Source: Amoebophrya sp. A120 (Eukaryota > Protista > Dinoflagellata). Taken from it: a stretch of DNA of 64,000 nucleotides. The position numbers and the translations under genes are program-made. The stretch lies in contig CAJINV010000001.1 in the NCBI GenBank assembly GCA_905178155.1, positions 14,281,265-14,345,264 on the forward strand. Direction: 5' to 3'. How positions within the stretch are numbered: position 1 is the first letter of the stretch; the number at the start of each line of letters is the position of its first letter. The notes beneath the pieces were generated by a model, which was given only the letters and a program-made list of their open reading frames with translations, was not told the DNA's origin and made no database searches. This document shows, piece by piece, positions 12,001-24,796 of the stretch.

Positions 12001-15000
12001 TTCTCTTTTTCGTTCGGTCCTCCTGCTCTCGAAGTTGTGAAGTTATTTGATGAAACTTCTAGTTCAACGTTTGCAGAAGTGCTCCATTGCCGACGAGCAT
12101 CAAGCGCCAAGTCGTCTAAGAAATCCCGCACCGTGGCGTGCTCCTCCGAAGATTCTTTGTAGGATAGACGTAATGCTACCCGCGCTGCGTTTTCGATTCG
12201 CAAAGCAAGAAGACTTCCGCTGACGACGCTCTTCTGACTTTGCTTCCGCATGGATGCCTCTTGCTCCATCGCCGCCTCGAATTGTGTCTCCGCGCCGATC
12301 AAGCGCGCCCCTACCCGGTGGTAGTAGGAGCGCGTGGAGGACCCCGGCATCAGCCGCGCATCCGCGATAAAGGAGCCGAAACAACGACGAAAGGAGGTCG
12401 CTACGGCCGGGAGCGCCACGTGGGAGAGCTCTCCTCGAAACCGCTCTAAGAGACTTCGGTGCAAGCCGGAGGACGGCGCTGGCGCGTAGACGAACTTGTC
12501 AAAGTTTCCCGGATAGAGCGCGGCTTTGGCGGCTTCGTGGTGCAAAAGGATCTTGTCCGCCTCTTCCCCGTCGACTTTACGCAAGTTCAAGGTCTTCTGC
12601 CGCACCGCGGACTGATTGTTCCGCTGGGTAATCGCTTCCAGAGCAGTGTCGACGAGCTTTGTTTTTTCCGCTGCAATGGCATCACTCTTGCTCAGGATTT
12701 TCTTGTTTGTCCCGTCCGACACTTTATTTTCATGATTGGGGGCAGGACAAGTTCCGCCGGAAACAGGCAAATTCTTCTCAACGTCCCCCTTCCCCGTGGC
12801 TGCGACGGGAGTCGTCCCTTCGCTCGGTCTCTGTCGCTTGAGCGCAGCCACCAGATCGTTGTCATTGATGAATTGCAGCTTGATTCCTTGGCCGACCTCA
12901 GTAGCAGCGCGGAGGTCCGGCAATAAGCGAGAGTTTGTCGTCAGCACCCGGTCACGCACGCGCGACCAATCGAAGCTGTGCAGAAAAATCAGTGGCGGTA
13001 TGTCTTGCACAAAAGCTACCGCGGAGGCAGCGTGGCTAGCTGCGGTTGTGATTGCGACAGAACTTCTGCTGGCGTCGCTCGGAGCTGCTCCTTCTGTGCT
13101 AGGGGAAGTTACTTTTCTTGTCGGAGCACTCAACTCAGCGAGGTAGTCTTCGAAGAAGTCGCTGTCCTCTGAATTTTCGTCTGGCGGAAAAATGTGGGGC
13201 GCGTGGCGTTGGTCATGCGAGTAATGCTTTACGCCCGTGACGTCAGAAAAGCGGACCCTCAGTCGTCCCATGGTGCGCTCGCGGTTTGTCAAGCTTTGCA
13301 ACAAGCTTTTCTCTGTACCACACAAAAACGGGGCGCTGTGCAGAATAGAATTTGTGCTGGCTGCGCGGGTCGTGTCGTGCTCGTGATCCTTGTCCTTTTC
13401 GGTGGTATTCGTCTTATCGCTTCTTCTTTCACGCTTCTTGTTCGCAGACCGACGAGCAGCAGGACGGCAGATGAAAGGGAACTGGATCGAAATTCGATGT
13501 AGAAGCTCCACCACAAGTTTCTGCAGAACACCCTCGAAAACGACGGCGACCTCGTCGCGACTACTTCCTTGGAGTTTTATGTTTCGCTTCGTGAGTCTGG
13601 TTTTTTCTTTTTGCTTCTTGTCGCTAACATCCTTGTCCACAAGGTCCTCCTCCTCCCGTGCGTCAGAAACTCGGATTAGCGTACTGGCCAAGGATCGAGC
13701 AGTTGTTGCGTCGTCCTGCGAGCGCCCCGCTTTTGCTGTGATCTCCGGTCGTCGCTTGCCGCTCGCGTCGACATCGCTTTCCGAAGTGGATACATGGATA
13801 TCAGCATGATTTGTTTGCGCAGGATCAGCGTCCGACCCCTCCCGTTCATCGGCGAGAAGGCCGGAAAGTCCGGCGTACTGTTGTGCAAGCTGGATCATGT
13901 TTTCGAGGCCAGTAGCGACATCGGACACTCTCTCAGCGTCGGCAGACTCGAGCTGCTTCTTGATTGCAGCTTCCCTCTGTTTCTCTTGCTCCAGGGCTGC
14001 TTGGACTGCATTTGCATCCTGGTTGTCCTGCTCGATGGCAGCCTGTTGACCGGCTTCGGCATCTGCGCTCTCCTGCGGTACCACGTTGCTCGTTTCTACT
14101 TCCACGGCACCACCTTCTACCAGTGCCGCACCTTGGTCTTTTTCGACAGCCGCAAGGATTTCGGCAGTGACGCTGTGCAGAGTGGCAACAGATGGCTCTT
14201 TCTTGAAGCGATGACTTGCGTCGTCGTCTTCGGTCTCGTCAAAAGCGCCTCCTTCGCCTCTATCTTTCTTTTGTGCGCCTGCTAGTAGAGGTTGCGCTCG
14301 CGACGGTCGTGGTGCATCCTCTTGCTGTTCTGCTACTGCTTGCTGCTGTGAGTCTACTTCTGCAGCGGGATCCGCTCTAGACAGCTGAATTTCATTTCTG
14401 TCCAACGCGTCTGCAACCTCTTCTGACACCACGCGCATGAACTCGTGACGAAAAGACTCGTCCCGACCCAGGAGACTCCCCATCGTCTCGACCTCCTCTG
14501 TCGTGCGGACAAAGCCTCTGCCGATCAGCGCCGGCACCGTTTCGCTGCGTTGCACACGCTCCTTATCCAGGAGGAATGGGTTTTCAAAACCCAGGCCAGC
14601 GGTTCTTTCAACAGCGTTGCGTGCAGCCGCAGAGGGTGAAACTCCGCCTTGGAGAAATTCACGCTTCTCGGTGTCAGAAAAATCACCCGCCCGAACAAAG
14701 TCTGGATGCGCGAGCGGTCGCATGGGGTTGTAATCGACCAGCTGATCCACGACACCGCCAGGTTCGTTTCGCACTTTCCGAAAGCGCTGGAAGAGTTTAC
14801 TCGGGATCAGCCCCCCGCCGGCGCCGGTCGAAGACGAGTCCAAGGCCACTTTGCGCCAAAGCTCCGCGTAGGGGGCGACGTGCGCCAATTCGCTCAGTTT
14901 TTCCAACAACCACGGAATCCGGTCCCGGGGTGACCGACGCGCTTGCACTCGCTCGAACTCTCGTCTGTCCCGTTCTTCCTCGTCCGTTTCGTTGCCCTCC

Positions 15001-18000
15001 TCGAAGATGTCGTCCCACACGTCACGCTGGTACGTCTGTGCCCGCTTTTTGTGCTTCTGCACCGCTGGGCTGCTCGTGCTCGCAGTGCCGGGCTTTTGAC
15101 TCTGCACGCCTCCAATCATGCGAGATTTACTCGCCGCACCTGTCGCACCGCCGAACACCAACGACTTCGCCGATTTCGCAGCGGCCCCCAACATCACGGA
15201 CTTGCCCGCGGTCCCTGCGCCCCCGAGGGATTTCATCCCCGCCATGCTCTTGCCGGCCTTACGCGTCCCCGACATCGCGCGGGTGCCAGTCATGCTTTTT
15301 TGTATGCCACCAGCCATGCTTTTGTTCACCCCTCCGAGTACAACGCTTTTGTTCATTCCAGCCAGGCTCTTGCTCACCATGCTTTTTTTGGCGGCGCCCA
15401 GATTAACACTCTTGTTCGCCACGCCCAACTTCACACTTTTGGTCGCCGCGCCTAGATTGATGCTCTTCACGCCTGCCATACTCTTGCTCGCTGCGGTTGC
15501 CCGCGTAGTTCCGGTAACGCTTTTAATCCCCCCTGCAGTAACGCTTTTGATTCCACCGCCTGCAGCAACGCTCTTCAGGACTCCGTGTTGTACTGCCACA
15601 GAAGCTCCGGATTTCGAACGCACATGAAGATTTGGAGATGAAGACGAAGACACGTCAGCTGCTTTCGCCTTCCCTTTACCAGGACGCTTTCCGACCAATT
15701 TTTTCGAATCTTTTCCCCTCCCGCCGCCTCGAAGTTTCGGCGTCACCGAAGGATCCTGAATCGCTAGCAATGTGGATTTCGGACGGAGAAGTGATTCTGC
15801 TTTGATTTGTTCTTGCCTCGCAAGTGTTTCGCTTTTTGGGTAATGCGCACGCATATTGAACAGGTACCTTAGGGCGAGCGACGTCCGTTGAAACTCCGCT
15901 GCATGGGGGTCCACGTCAAACTGTAAGTCGCCGGCCTCAACCCGGGGTGCATGGACGTCTGCGGTCGCCTTTTGGAAAAACTCAACTTTGTCTTTTTCAA
16001 CTTCTTCCTTCAGACTTGGCGCGTTCTCTCGGGCTGTCCCCGGTCTGGGATCGACGCCGCAAGCATGCGAAAAGCACTGCTCTGGTGATAGGAACTGAGG
16101 AGCTCCGCAAAGAAAATCCGGCTCGTTAGCGTTGCTTACGGGAATGTCGCCACCGAACCCGGAGAGGAACGCATTCGCAACTGGATCTTCATGATCTTGA
16201 GCACTAACAGCATCGTGAAGTAGATGAATTTTGTGGTCACCAGTGAAATCAAGTTTAGAGATCATTTTTCCAGCACCTGCAGCAATCTGGTCATGATCCG
16301 GCAAGAGATCCCCTGCGTGCTCTTTCGCTACGTTCACCAGGTCCTGTGCGCCCTTGAAGCACGCAACCAACCGATCGAGTCCCGAAGATGTTCCTTGTGG
16401 ACCTGCGCCGGCCGCTGCCTCTTCCGGCGTTTTACCATCTTCGTCTGGTAGAATCACTGCAAAGGGATCGAAAGGCTTTTTGTCTTGTTCGTCCTGGTCA
16501 TTATACATTCTTGAGGACATGTCGTTCTCCTGGCCTAGTATCCCTACCCGCTCGTCTTTGAGCATCTTTCCCTTCCGCAGAACATTGGCAAGAAAAAAGC
16601 TTCCGTGGCTGCGCCAGAAGGGCATGGAAGCGAGGTTCATGCACAAGTTGTCGCTTTTGGATCGCAGGCGGCGCAGCACAAGCACAACCTGGTCTTCCCG
16701 CAATAAGGCCATATTTTTGATGACGAAAGACAGCTCTGTAGGCCGCTGAAAAATCGTATCCCGAAAAGATTTCTCCAGCTTCCGGAACGTCTTCAGGTCG
16801 TTCAGAACTTCCTTGGCTTCCACCGGAGGGGGATCCAACATGGAAACGTCGCATTTGATTTCCATCGTTGTGGTTTCCTCACCGTCCTCCTCGTCATCGT
16901 AGTTGCTGTTATTTTCCGCGCGAGCGTTGTTCGAATCCGTGCTCCCATGCCAATCGCCCGACAGCGCTTCCTCGATCAGGATCCGTCGCAGCGCATCCTC
17001 GTGATAACACGCGCTAAAAGCACGAAACCGCAATGTTTTCATGGAGTCAGATTCTACGTGGTCGTCGATTTCCACTCCGGGCACATCGGGCTGGTCGTGC
17101 GGCAGCAACTTTTCCACAAATTCCGGGAGCAATTTGCGATACCAGGGCAGTTCTTCAAGCTGGGACGTGTAGTACCCATCGCTCGTCTTGCCACCAACGT
17201 AAAGCGTGCTCTCATACGGGCCGGATACTTCGCCGACGCGCCAAAGCGGCTGCGCGCGGTCGATTGCAGACCGCTCATACAGCTCGTAGTGTCCGTCCGT
17301 GATTTTTCCGCCCTCGATCGGTTTTGGAAGCAGCGGCGGATTGGGATCGATGCGGATCGGTGCAGACTGGAACTTTTGCTTGTGAAGTGGCAGCTTTTCT
17401 TCATACTCGTCCTGCGGAACAGGCGGCCAGTGCTCAAACTCCGCAAGCCAGCGCAGTTCCGGGCGAACCGGGGCTGGCTCCGCAATCGGCTCCCGCACTT
17501 TCGTTCCAAATTTTTCCAGCACCTCCGTCGGAAACGGTGCGGCGCCACCGCGGACAAACAACAACTCCAATGGGCGTCGCCCACTCTCCGTTTGGCTGCA
17601 GGCCAGAACCAAATCCTTTTCCTTCACGGACTCCCCCGCGACGAGAAGCTCGTCCTTCGGCGCTAAGCCGTGTCGGTCCGCCCATCCGTTTTCGACGAGC
17701 GTCTTGATCTTCGTTTTGTCAACGGTTGTCTCGATTCCGAGATCCGTGTGGTGGGCGGACAGCTGGAGGAATCGGGCTTCGAATTTCTTCCGCAGAAGAG
17801 TGAAGCTGGGCGGTTTTGGCTTTTCCTTCGGGTCAAGCTTTTTCATCTTCTTCAGCTTTTTCAGTTCCGCATTCCTCCTGACAACGGCGTCCACCAAGGT
17901 TCCCTCTGTCGGATCGTCAGTGCCGTGCCGAAAGCCCGCGACCGACATGCCAGAAAAGGCAACGAGCAAATCCCCTTCCGTGATGCCGACTTGGTACGCC

Positions 18001-20062
18001 TTGGAGAGCGGGTTGACCTTTGTTACGCGAACGATCGGAAAAGATGACCAGTCTAGGGCTAAGCCGAAAACCTTGTACGATTTTTCGCGGACCGAGAGGC
18101 TTCTGTCCTGCAAAACCTCCATGTCTAGCGACTTCCCTTGATCCCAATGCAGAAACCCAAACTTTTTCAGCCGTTTAAAGTCTTCTTCTTGCACCATTTT
18201 GGCCGCAAAGATCCCGAGTAGAAATGGCGGTCGGTGAATGCGGTGCGGCGGCCCGCCGTCTTTGATGTGGACCAATTTCGTCCAATCGTGCGGGATATGC
18301 AGTGAAAAAGTTGAGCAGGTATCGTACTTGAGCGCATAAGTTGCCTGCTTGCAATCATGCCAGATCTTCTTTAGCAAGAACAACATCGAAATTTGTCACA
18401 CAGATTCAGGCAAAACGAGCATAAATCTGTCATGCCAGACTGCAGCTTATACGACTGCGATAACTTGCCCCTCTAGTGCAGTGCATACGGAAGTGCTCCG
18501 GCCAGCTTCGCGCCGACTTTCCCTTGCATCTCGACGGGAAAGCCGGTTGCCCGACCGAGCAAAAGCGTCAGCGGGCGTGTTCCCTTGCTGCTGCACAACT
18601 GCGCCACTTCGAGCTTCTTACTGCCCTCCGCCAGCATTCGGTTCGCCGCAAAAACCAAATCTCCCGGGACAAAGCCCGCCCACTGGGCCCAGCTGCGCGG
18701 ACGAATTGCGCGGATTTTCATCTTGTTCATGTCCAGGTCCAGGCCCAAAGATTGCTCGCCCGTCATAATTTGCAGAAACCTGTTAGCCTTCCGGTCCGGG
18801 AGAAACGTGAACGCGAACGCGTCGGTGGGAGAGACTGGAGCGCCCTTTTTCTTCGCTTTCCTCTCGTCACTGTCGCCGAACAACCGCTCCAACAGCGCGG
18901 CGAGCAGCTTCTGACAGATCGCGTCCTCGGCGTTGACCCCGGGCCAGGTCGAAATATCCTGAATCGGACGACCACCAACCAAAACCAAAATGTCACCGTG
19001 TCGGATATCGGCGTTGCGCGCAAAACTTCCGTCGGGCAGCTGCTGTTTCATTTCAACAATCGGCGTAGGTGTGCCTCTGCTTGTTCCCGTGCTGTCTTCA
19101 CCACTCAGCTTCGCTGTGGTTTCTTCCCGAACGTCCCGTACCGTGACGGCCGGAAATTTGCTCCAGTCGAGCGAGAACCCGAACAAGTCCCACAAACGGG
19201 CAGCCGGAGAAACGCTAGTGTCTTCTAGGAGCGCCCCAGCTGCAGTGGTCACTGTCGTGCCGTCATCGTGGGCTATTGGCTGCGGGTCGAGCTTGTCCAC
19301 GTCCTCTTTGCCGTCCAGCATCACAGATTCGCAACTGACGCACAGAAAGCCGTACTTCGTGGCGTCTTTGGCCTTCGTCACGAAGACCGGCAACAGATCT
19401 TTGGGTCTTGGTAAAGGCTTGGAAGATTTTTGTCCCGGCGGCGGAGCAGAGGCCGGGCGCTGCACATTGCTCGTTCCCGCGGGTGGGCGCGGATTGGAAG
19501 TGCTGGAGGGTGCTGCTGCTGCCCCACCGGCAGGTGATGCTTTGGCTTTCTTTATTTTCGGACCGGACGGCGAGGCCGACTTGCTCCGTGGTCCGGTGGG
19601 CGCGGACACGGCCTTTTTTGCACCCCCACGAAGTTTCGGCTTCGCAAGACCTACTGGCGGCTTCATGTCAGATCCAGGAACAACCGCTGACGCAACCAGA
19701 CGAGGAGCGGCGTCTTCATTAGTAGAGTGGAGGTCTGTTTTTCTCCGTCTCTTTCTTTTTCTTCTCACACGCACTGAATGTCTTTCGGGTTGAACGTCAG
19801 ACGAGGAACCCGAATACAGGTCCTTCAACTCCCGCGCCGGGCGCGCTGCGGTGGCTTCGTCCCCTTTTGCATAATTCGGTGTCGACGACCGCAGCTCCCG
19901 CTTGGTCGCTTTGCGCAGATTGCGCCGGTTGTCCTTGTGCAGGCACAACTTCTGCGCGTTCCAAACTTCATCCCGCACCGCCCGGGGCCAGAGAAGACCG
20001 ATTGGGTCTACTTCTGGTGTCCGAATCTCGTCCGGTGCGATGCCCTGGAATGGGTTTTTCAT
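1..20062 (-). CDS. Giant (>6,100 aa, runs off window start) multi-PDZ-like, low-complexity protein; exons ~20062-18488, 18290-10326, 8976-<1
   Basis: ORF 18473..20071 joins ORF 10254..18386 (GALP|HDWTK) after removing insert 18296-18487 plus one repeat. That joins a third frame (GIREK|FLSKQKK) after removing 8981-10324. The third frame appears open to position 1: no same-frame ORF or stop in the track, and spot-checked lines have no stop. Repeated FGxxLDWxxFPxVxV and LG[IL][ED]...G[LF]xPGDx[LI]xAAN PDZ-like motifs. Confidence 0.8.
9079..9146. repeat. Perfect 68-bp palindrome built from GAAGT-core units
   Basis: CGAAGTTGGTGCGGAAGTCGGTGAGAAGTGGCGC followed directly by its exact reverse complement. 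Confidence 0.95.
9666..9928. repeat. Long imperfect inverted repeat (foldback) of ~260 bp
   Basis: Outer arms TACATCAATTAATGC / GCATTAATTGATGTA; inner perfect 20-bp stem 9772-9791 / 9800-9819 with 8-nt loop; intervening arms largely complementary. Confidence 0.9.
18296..18487. mobile_element. Degenerate introner / non-canonical intron, 192 bp
   Basis: Ends TATGCAGTG...CAGTGCATA; direct repeat CGGGA/CGGAA (4/5); removing 197 nt fuses two ORFs in frame; internal GTATCGTACT and CTGTCATGC motifs shared with other elements. Confidence 0.8.
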
Positions 20063-20201
20063 GATTAACAATTAAAGCACGTCCACGTGCTTGCGAGGGA
20101 CAACCAGAAAAGGAAAACGAATGTGAAAAAATATAAGGAATGTCAAGCCTGTATTCATCATCATTGAGTGTAACGACGACGAGCAGGCAACTCATACTCA
20201 T

Positions 20202-23200
20202 TCAACGGTAACGGAGGCTGTATGTTACCAAATTGTCGAGGAAGACTCGTTTTCTTTCGTTCCATTGGTCCATCCTGGACGCGAAAAATTCAGGCTGCAG
20301 AGTGAACAGAAGCGCCGGACGCAAAATCGTTTCCAGGATGAGGTTGCTCCCCGAGTACCAAGAGACGTGCGGAAAGAGTTTTTTCTGTTGCAGATACAAG
20401 GGTAGAACCTCGTCCACCACCCAGCCGCGCCATTTGCGAGTCAAAGTAATAAGGCAGGTCTGCTCCAACTCCGCATGCGTTTTGGCTGCACTGCCTCGCG
20501 CCGAGGTGGATTTCGCGTCTATTTCGGCCTCGTTCGCAGAAATGCTGATGTCCTCAAGAGTTGCAGTGCTAGAAGCACTGCTGGTCGAGCTTGGGAGTAT
20601 CGCGAGCCTTCTTTTCTTATCCAGGACAAAACACCCATCCCCATCCATTTTTTGCATGGCAAATAGTGGACTTATTTATGCATGTCTTGCATGACAAATT
20701 GGATGGGGATGGGCGTCTTTTCCTGGATATTTCCGAACAAGTCGGTGAACTTGTCGCGTGAAATCGAAAGCCATCAAAAACAAGCACGGACAAAGAAAAA
20801 CGCTGCCGCAAGTTGCTGTCGATCCGGTCGTTCCATTTGATGCTGTTTCGTTGGGTATTGCTGGCTCCTCCGCCGTCATCTGGTCTGGATCGTTCACGGT
20901 GATCTTCGTAGTAATCTCTCTTGGCGGCACGACTTGTGGCCTGTACCGCATCAGCTTCACCAGAAGCCTCAGTACCGCCGACGCTAAGCGCATGACTCTG
21001 TCGAATTCCAACACAAATTCCTGACCCCAATCGTCTTGACTGCTGCTCATTCTTCCGAGGGAATGCATCTGCAGCTCTTCAAAAAGAAGCTTCAGAAGCT
21101 GGTGGACAAAGACGAAGTCAACAGTTGGACTGCCTTCCTTCTTTCGCTGTTCATCTGCCTCGTATGTCGGAGAGGTCGGGGGCTCATGAAAGAGCAAAGC
21201 CTTTGTGAGTTTTTCCTCAAGGAAGCGCATGCGAGCTTCCTGCGAGTGCGAGGAGCGGACGTGCTCCCCATGATCCGAGCCTCCTCGTTCTGTCAGCCCC
21301 GGTATACGTTTCAACTCCAACTGGGCACGGCAGCACTTCTCTACTGAGTCAGTAAAAAAATAACCAGCGGTTTTTGCGTAAACTGATTCTCCGAGCGCGT
21401 GTGGGTCGAACCGCGAGAAATCACAGAACCGATCGTCCTTGCAGTAGCGGAGCACGTCGTGCATGCGTGCGCATACAGGACACACGTACACTGCCGGCGG
21501 TCGTTGGGCGCGGTCCTGGTCTTGGTTCTCAAAAAGTGGATCGTGGTCCTCCGCGACGTGGTCATGGAGCTGCTTGTCCGGCCCGTCTGTTTGCTGAAAA
21601 TCTCCGCTTGTTCGGCGCTTCGCAAGCACCTCTGGGTCTTGGCGGCCGTCTGGCACGTACAGGAAATTTCTTGCCGCGCCGAAATTGGACGTCGACTCTT
21701 CTGGAGGCAGCCACGTTGCACGCATCGCAGGCTCATCGTCAAGAAGATCAAGCCCTTGATAGTAACGGGACGGCAGCAACGCCGACGGATCTTCCACTGC
21801 TGTGACCTCCTCCAGTAGATGCTTTTCAACATAATTTTGGTTTCCTGGCGAAAAACGTTCGTCCTCATTTTTTCGACCATTTGCATTTTCTGCTTCCCCA
21901 TCCCCGCTCTCCTCAGGCTCGCTGGTAATTCCCAAAGGAGCTCGGCCACGAAGCTCGGCAAGCAGTTCCCGACGAAAAGCGCGGAAGCCGGATTCCTCCT
22001 TATCGAAGCCTTTGCCGGGACGAGTTTCGTGATTTCGGCGACCGACTGAAAGTAGCGGTGCCAAGCTTCCTTCATCTGCGCTGCTGGATGTTGTCCGAAA
22101 GTTGGCTCTTTCATCAACGTCCTCGTCTCCACCTGCGTCGTCATGGCGCGACCCGTCCGTTGCGTAAAGGTAGACCTGTTTTTCGTGTGCCGTATATTGC
22201 GGCTCCGATGATTTTGTTTCTGGTGCGTCTGGGAAGTCCAGCACGGGTGCGAAACCGCCAGTCAAGTTCAACGTTCTCGCCAGCAGGCTTGTGACAGGCA
22301 GGTCGCGCGGACGATCGTTCAAAGCCTTCGCTTCGTTGTACGCTCGACGGTCCATCAGCGGGTCAGTCAACGTGGTTTGCTGCAGGGCCTTGCTTCCCGG
22401 GCGCTGAAAAAATGAGCTTTTCGCATTCAACGCCCGGAGGTCCGGCGAAGGTTTCCGCTGTAGGTCGTCGTCGGAGCTGTCTTTTTCTTCTTCCTCTTCT
22501 TCTTCAGCTTGCCGCCTCGCCTTGTCTCTGTCTTCGGCCTTTCGGTCCAAGCCCTTACGAATCTTCCACACTTCGTGGGCCCTCTGGTACTGCGCAGTAG
22601 TGCCCTTATCTGGGCTGCAGATCTCTCGTCTCTCTTGCTCAAGCACGTCCTGGACGGAGGGCGCATGCAGCTGGTACTGAAACGCTTCGTCGTTGGTGAA
22701 TTTCTCCCAGGGTGCTGCAGGAGGTGCTGTCGCTGCAGATACGGATGTCAGTCGTCGTGGGAAATGTGCGCTCGCGCTGTCGACTTCATCTGCCTTCGCA
22801 ACAGCGCTCATGAAGTTGACTCCGAGAGCTTTAACGCGTCCACGAGACAGACTACTGTTGCTCTTTTTCGAGAAGAAATCCCGCGCGCCTTTTTCTTCGA
22901 TGACGTCCCCTTCGCGCTGCTCGATCGCTTCAAGGATCTCAGCATCCTTTTTTTTCTGCTCCGCAGCCGTTGCCGTGACGCGGACGCGTGGCTCCCGGTC
23001 GTCGACCGAGTTCTCCTCTCCCGAAGACAGCTCGATTTGACGTTTTCTTTCCTTCGTCGCGAATTCTGCGGGCCTGTTCTTGCCAGAAAAAAGCCCACCA
23101 CTGAAATCATCCGCGAGTTGCGCGAGCTCGGCCGCAACGGCCAGCGCCTTAGCTGTGCGAGAGCGCTGCGGGGTAGATGGCGGAATATAGTCGTCTTGCG

Positions 23201-23723
23201 GTCTTCGTCTTGCGCCGGGACTGAAGTCTGATTCTGAAGAGCTGTCTGCTCGTCCAGAGGTCGCCGCAGCGACGTTCTTCTCCGCGACCGAGCCACCCGA
23301 AGATTTCGGTTTTTTCTCTTTTGTTTTGATGGCAACTCGTTTGGACTGTAGCATCGCCCGCTGGAAAAAGTTCAGCGATAAGGCTTTCGCATACGCAGCG
23401 GACGGAGTTTTCGAAGAGGTTGGCTCCTTCTGCGGCTGGATGCGACTATCGAACAGTGTCTGTCCGATGCTCCGATCGATGTCGTGAGGAAGCTGGTTGC
23501 TTCCAGCGACGTTTGCAATGTTGTTCGCGTCTCCTCGCCCAGCGGCAATCTCGTCCGAGTCCTCATCTGCGTCCCCGGGGGCCGGTTGGGGTTGCATGGA
23601 TGGACTTCTTGGCTTCGACCGGGACAACATGAGCCGCCTATCGGAACCCGAAGCACCAATCTGGTGCGGCCAAGCGGGGAACCGCTCATGCGGTTCTAAT
23701 TTCGCTTTGATGTTCAGGTCCAT
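20202..23723 (-). CDS. Hypothetical protein ~1,134 aa, two exons, with a CxxC/His-Cys cluster
   Basis: ORF 20676..23723 joins ORF 20202..20657 in the same frame (RLVRK|RRLAIL) after removing 117 nt; start context AAAAATGG. Confidence 0.8.
20618..20729. mobile_element. Introner / non-canonical intron, 112 bp
   Basis: ~30-bp TIR TATCCAGGACAAAACACCCATCCCCATCCA vs TATCCAGGAAAAGACGCCCATCCCCATCCA; direct repeat TTTCT/TTTCC; the insert carries the in-frame stop. Confidence 0.9.
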
Positions 23724-24796
23724 TTTTCTCCGCTTTAGTCAGCGTTACTGCAAGTGGACATGGTCAAGCACCTCGACCGATGACTGCTTCTCATTCTGGT
23801 TGGTGGATACGCCCACGAAAATGGTGGAGACGACAACCATATCCCTCCATTTGGACGGAGGCGGCATTTTTTGCAGTGCGCCCGTCATCACGGGACACAC
23901 TCTTCAGCCCCCGACAGCAAGTTCCCTAAGGCGAATTTTCGTTTATTTGAAGATACATATTGCGGTGGCCAACTCGTGGTCGTGGAGTTTCAGAATTCAC
24001 GAGTTACAACGAACAGGAGCGACATCATCGATGGGCGATATACAATACACAGGCTCCACGAGAAGAAACGACCAACATGATCAACGACGCGATTATTCCT
24101 TTACGACCTGCGACGACTTGCGACGACGAGACATTCGAATATCAACCGCACAAGCGATGCGGATGCAGATGCTGTTGACGTTGAGAGTCCGGTACTCATC
24201 GGAAGATACGAAGATGGGGTGAATGAACAGAAACAAAAGTCAAGCGTGACTACTTCGTCTGCGCGACCATTTACAAAAGGGACGACGATCTTCACTAGCA
24301 TCTAGCGGTGTACCTGCTGTTGCTGTACATACTAGCAGGAGTAGAGAAAAGAACACCAACCCCCTACAAGCTGAAATTGGCAACACTAAGACCCACGTAC
24401 TAATCGCTAAGTATTCAAGCCGAAGAGCATCATCTTTCCTGGAGAGAAATCCTCGGTTTCTTTTTGGTTTTACAGAGATGAAGGTCTTCCAGCTCTTCAA
24501 ACAATGAGAAGTCAGTCCGCGAAGAATCTTCTGAAAAATTGGTAAGCCAACGCCCAGGGCAAACAAAAGTGGCTCCAAACAAAAAGCCAAATGCGATGGA
24601 GCTGGGCTAGTACGAGTGTATGGAATAAGTTCGCAACAAATTGTTCTTGGACCATGTAGAGCCATTGACGACAGCACCGTGAATGAGGACGAGAGCAGCG
24701 CAACTTTGTAGTACACTCGTCTTCGATGTAACTGTATTACGCCCTGCACCTTCATACCGTAGTACTACTGAGTTCGTCTTCGTCTTTATGCTAAAA

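Noticed and set aside
24240-24755. 171-aa minus ORF; similarly 49832..50311 (+) and short ORFs in 32617-33149
   Set aside because: AT-rich intergenic composition, no motifs, no convincing splice links.
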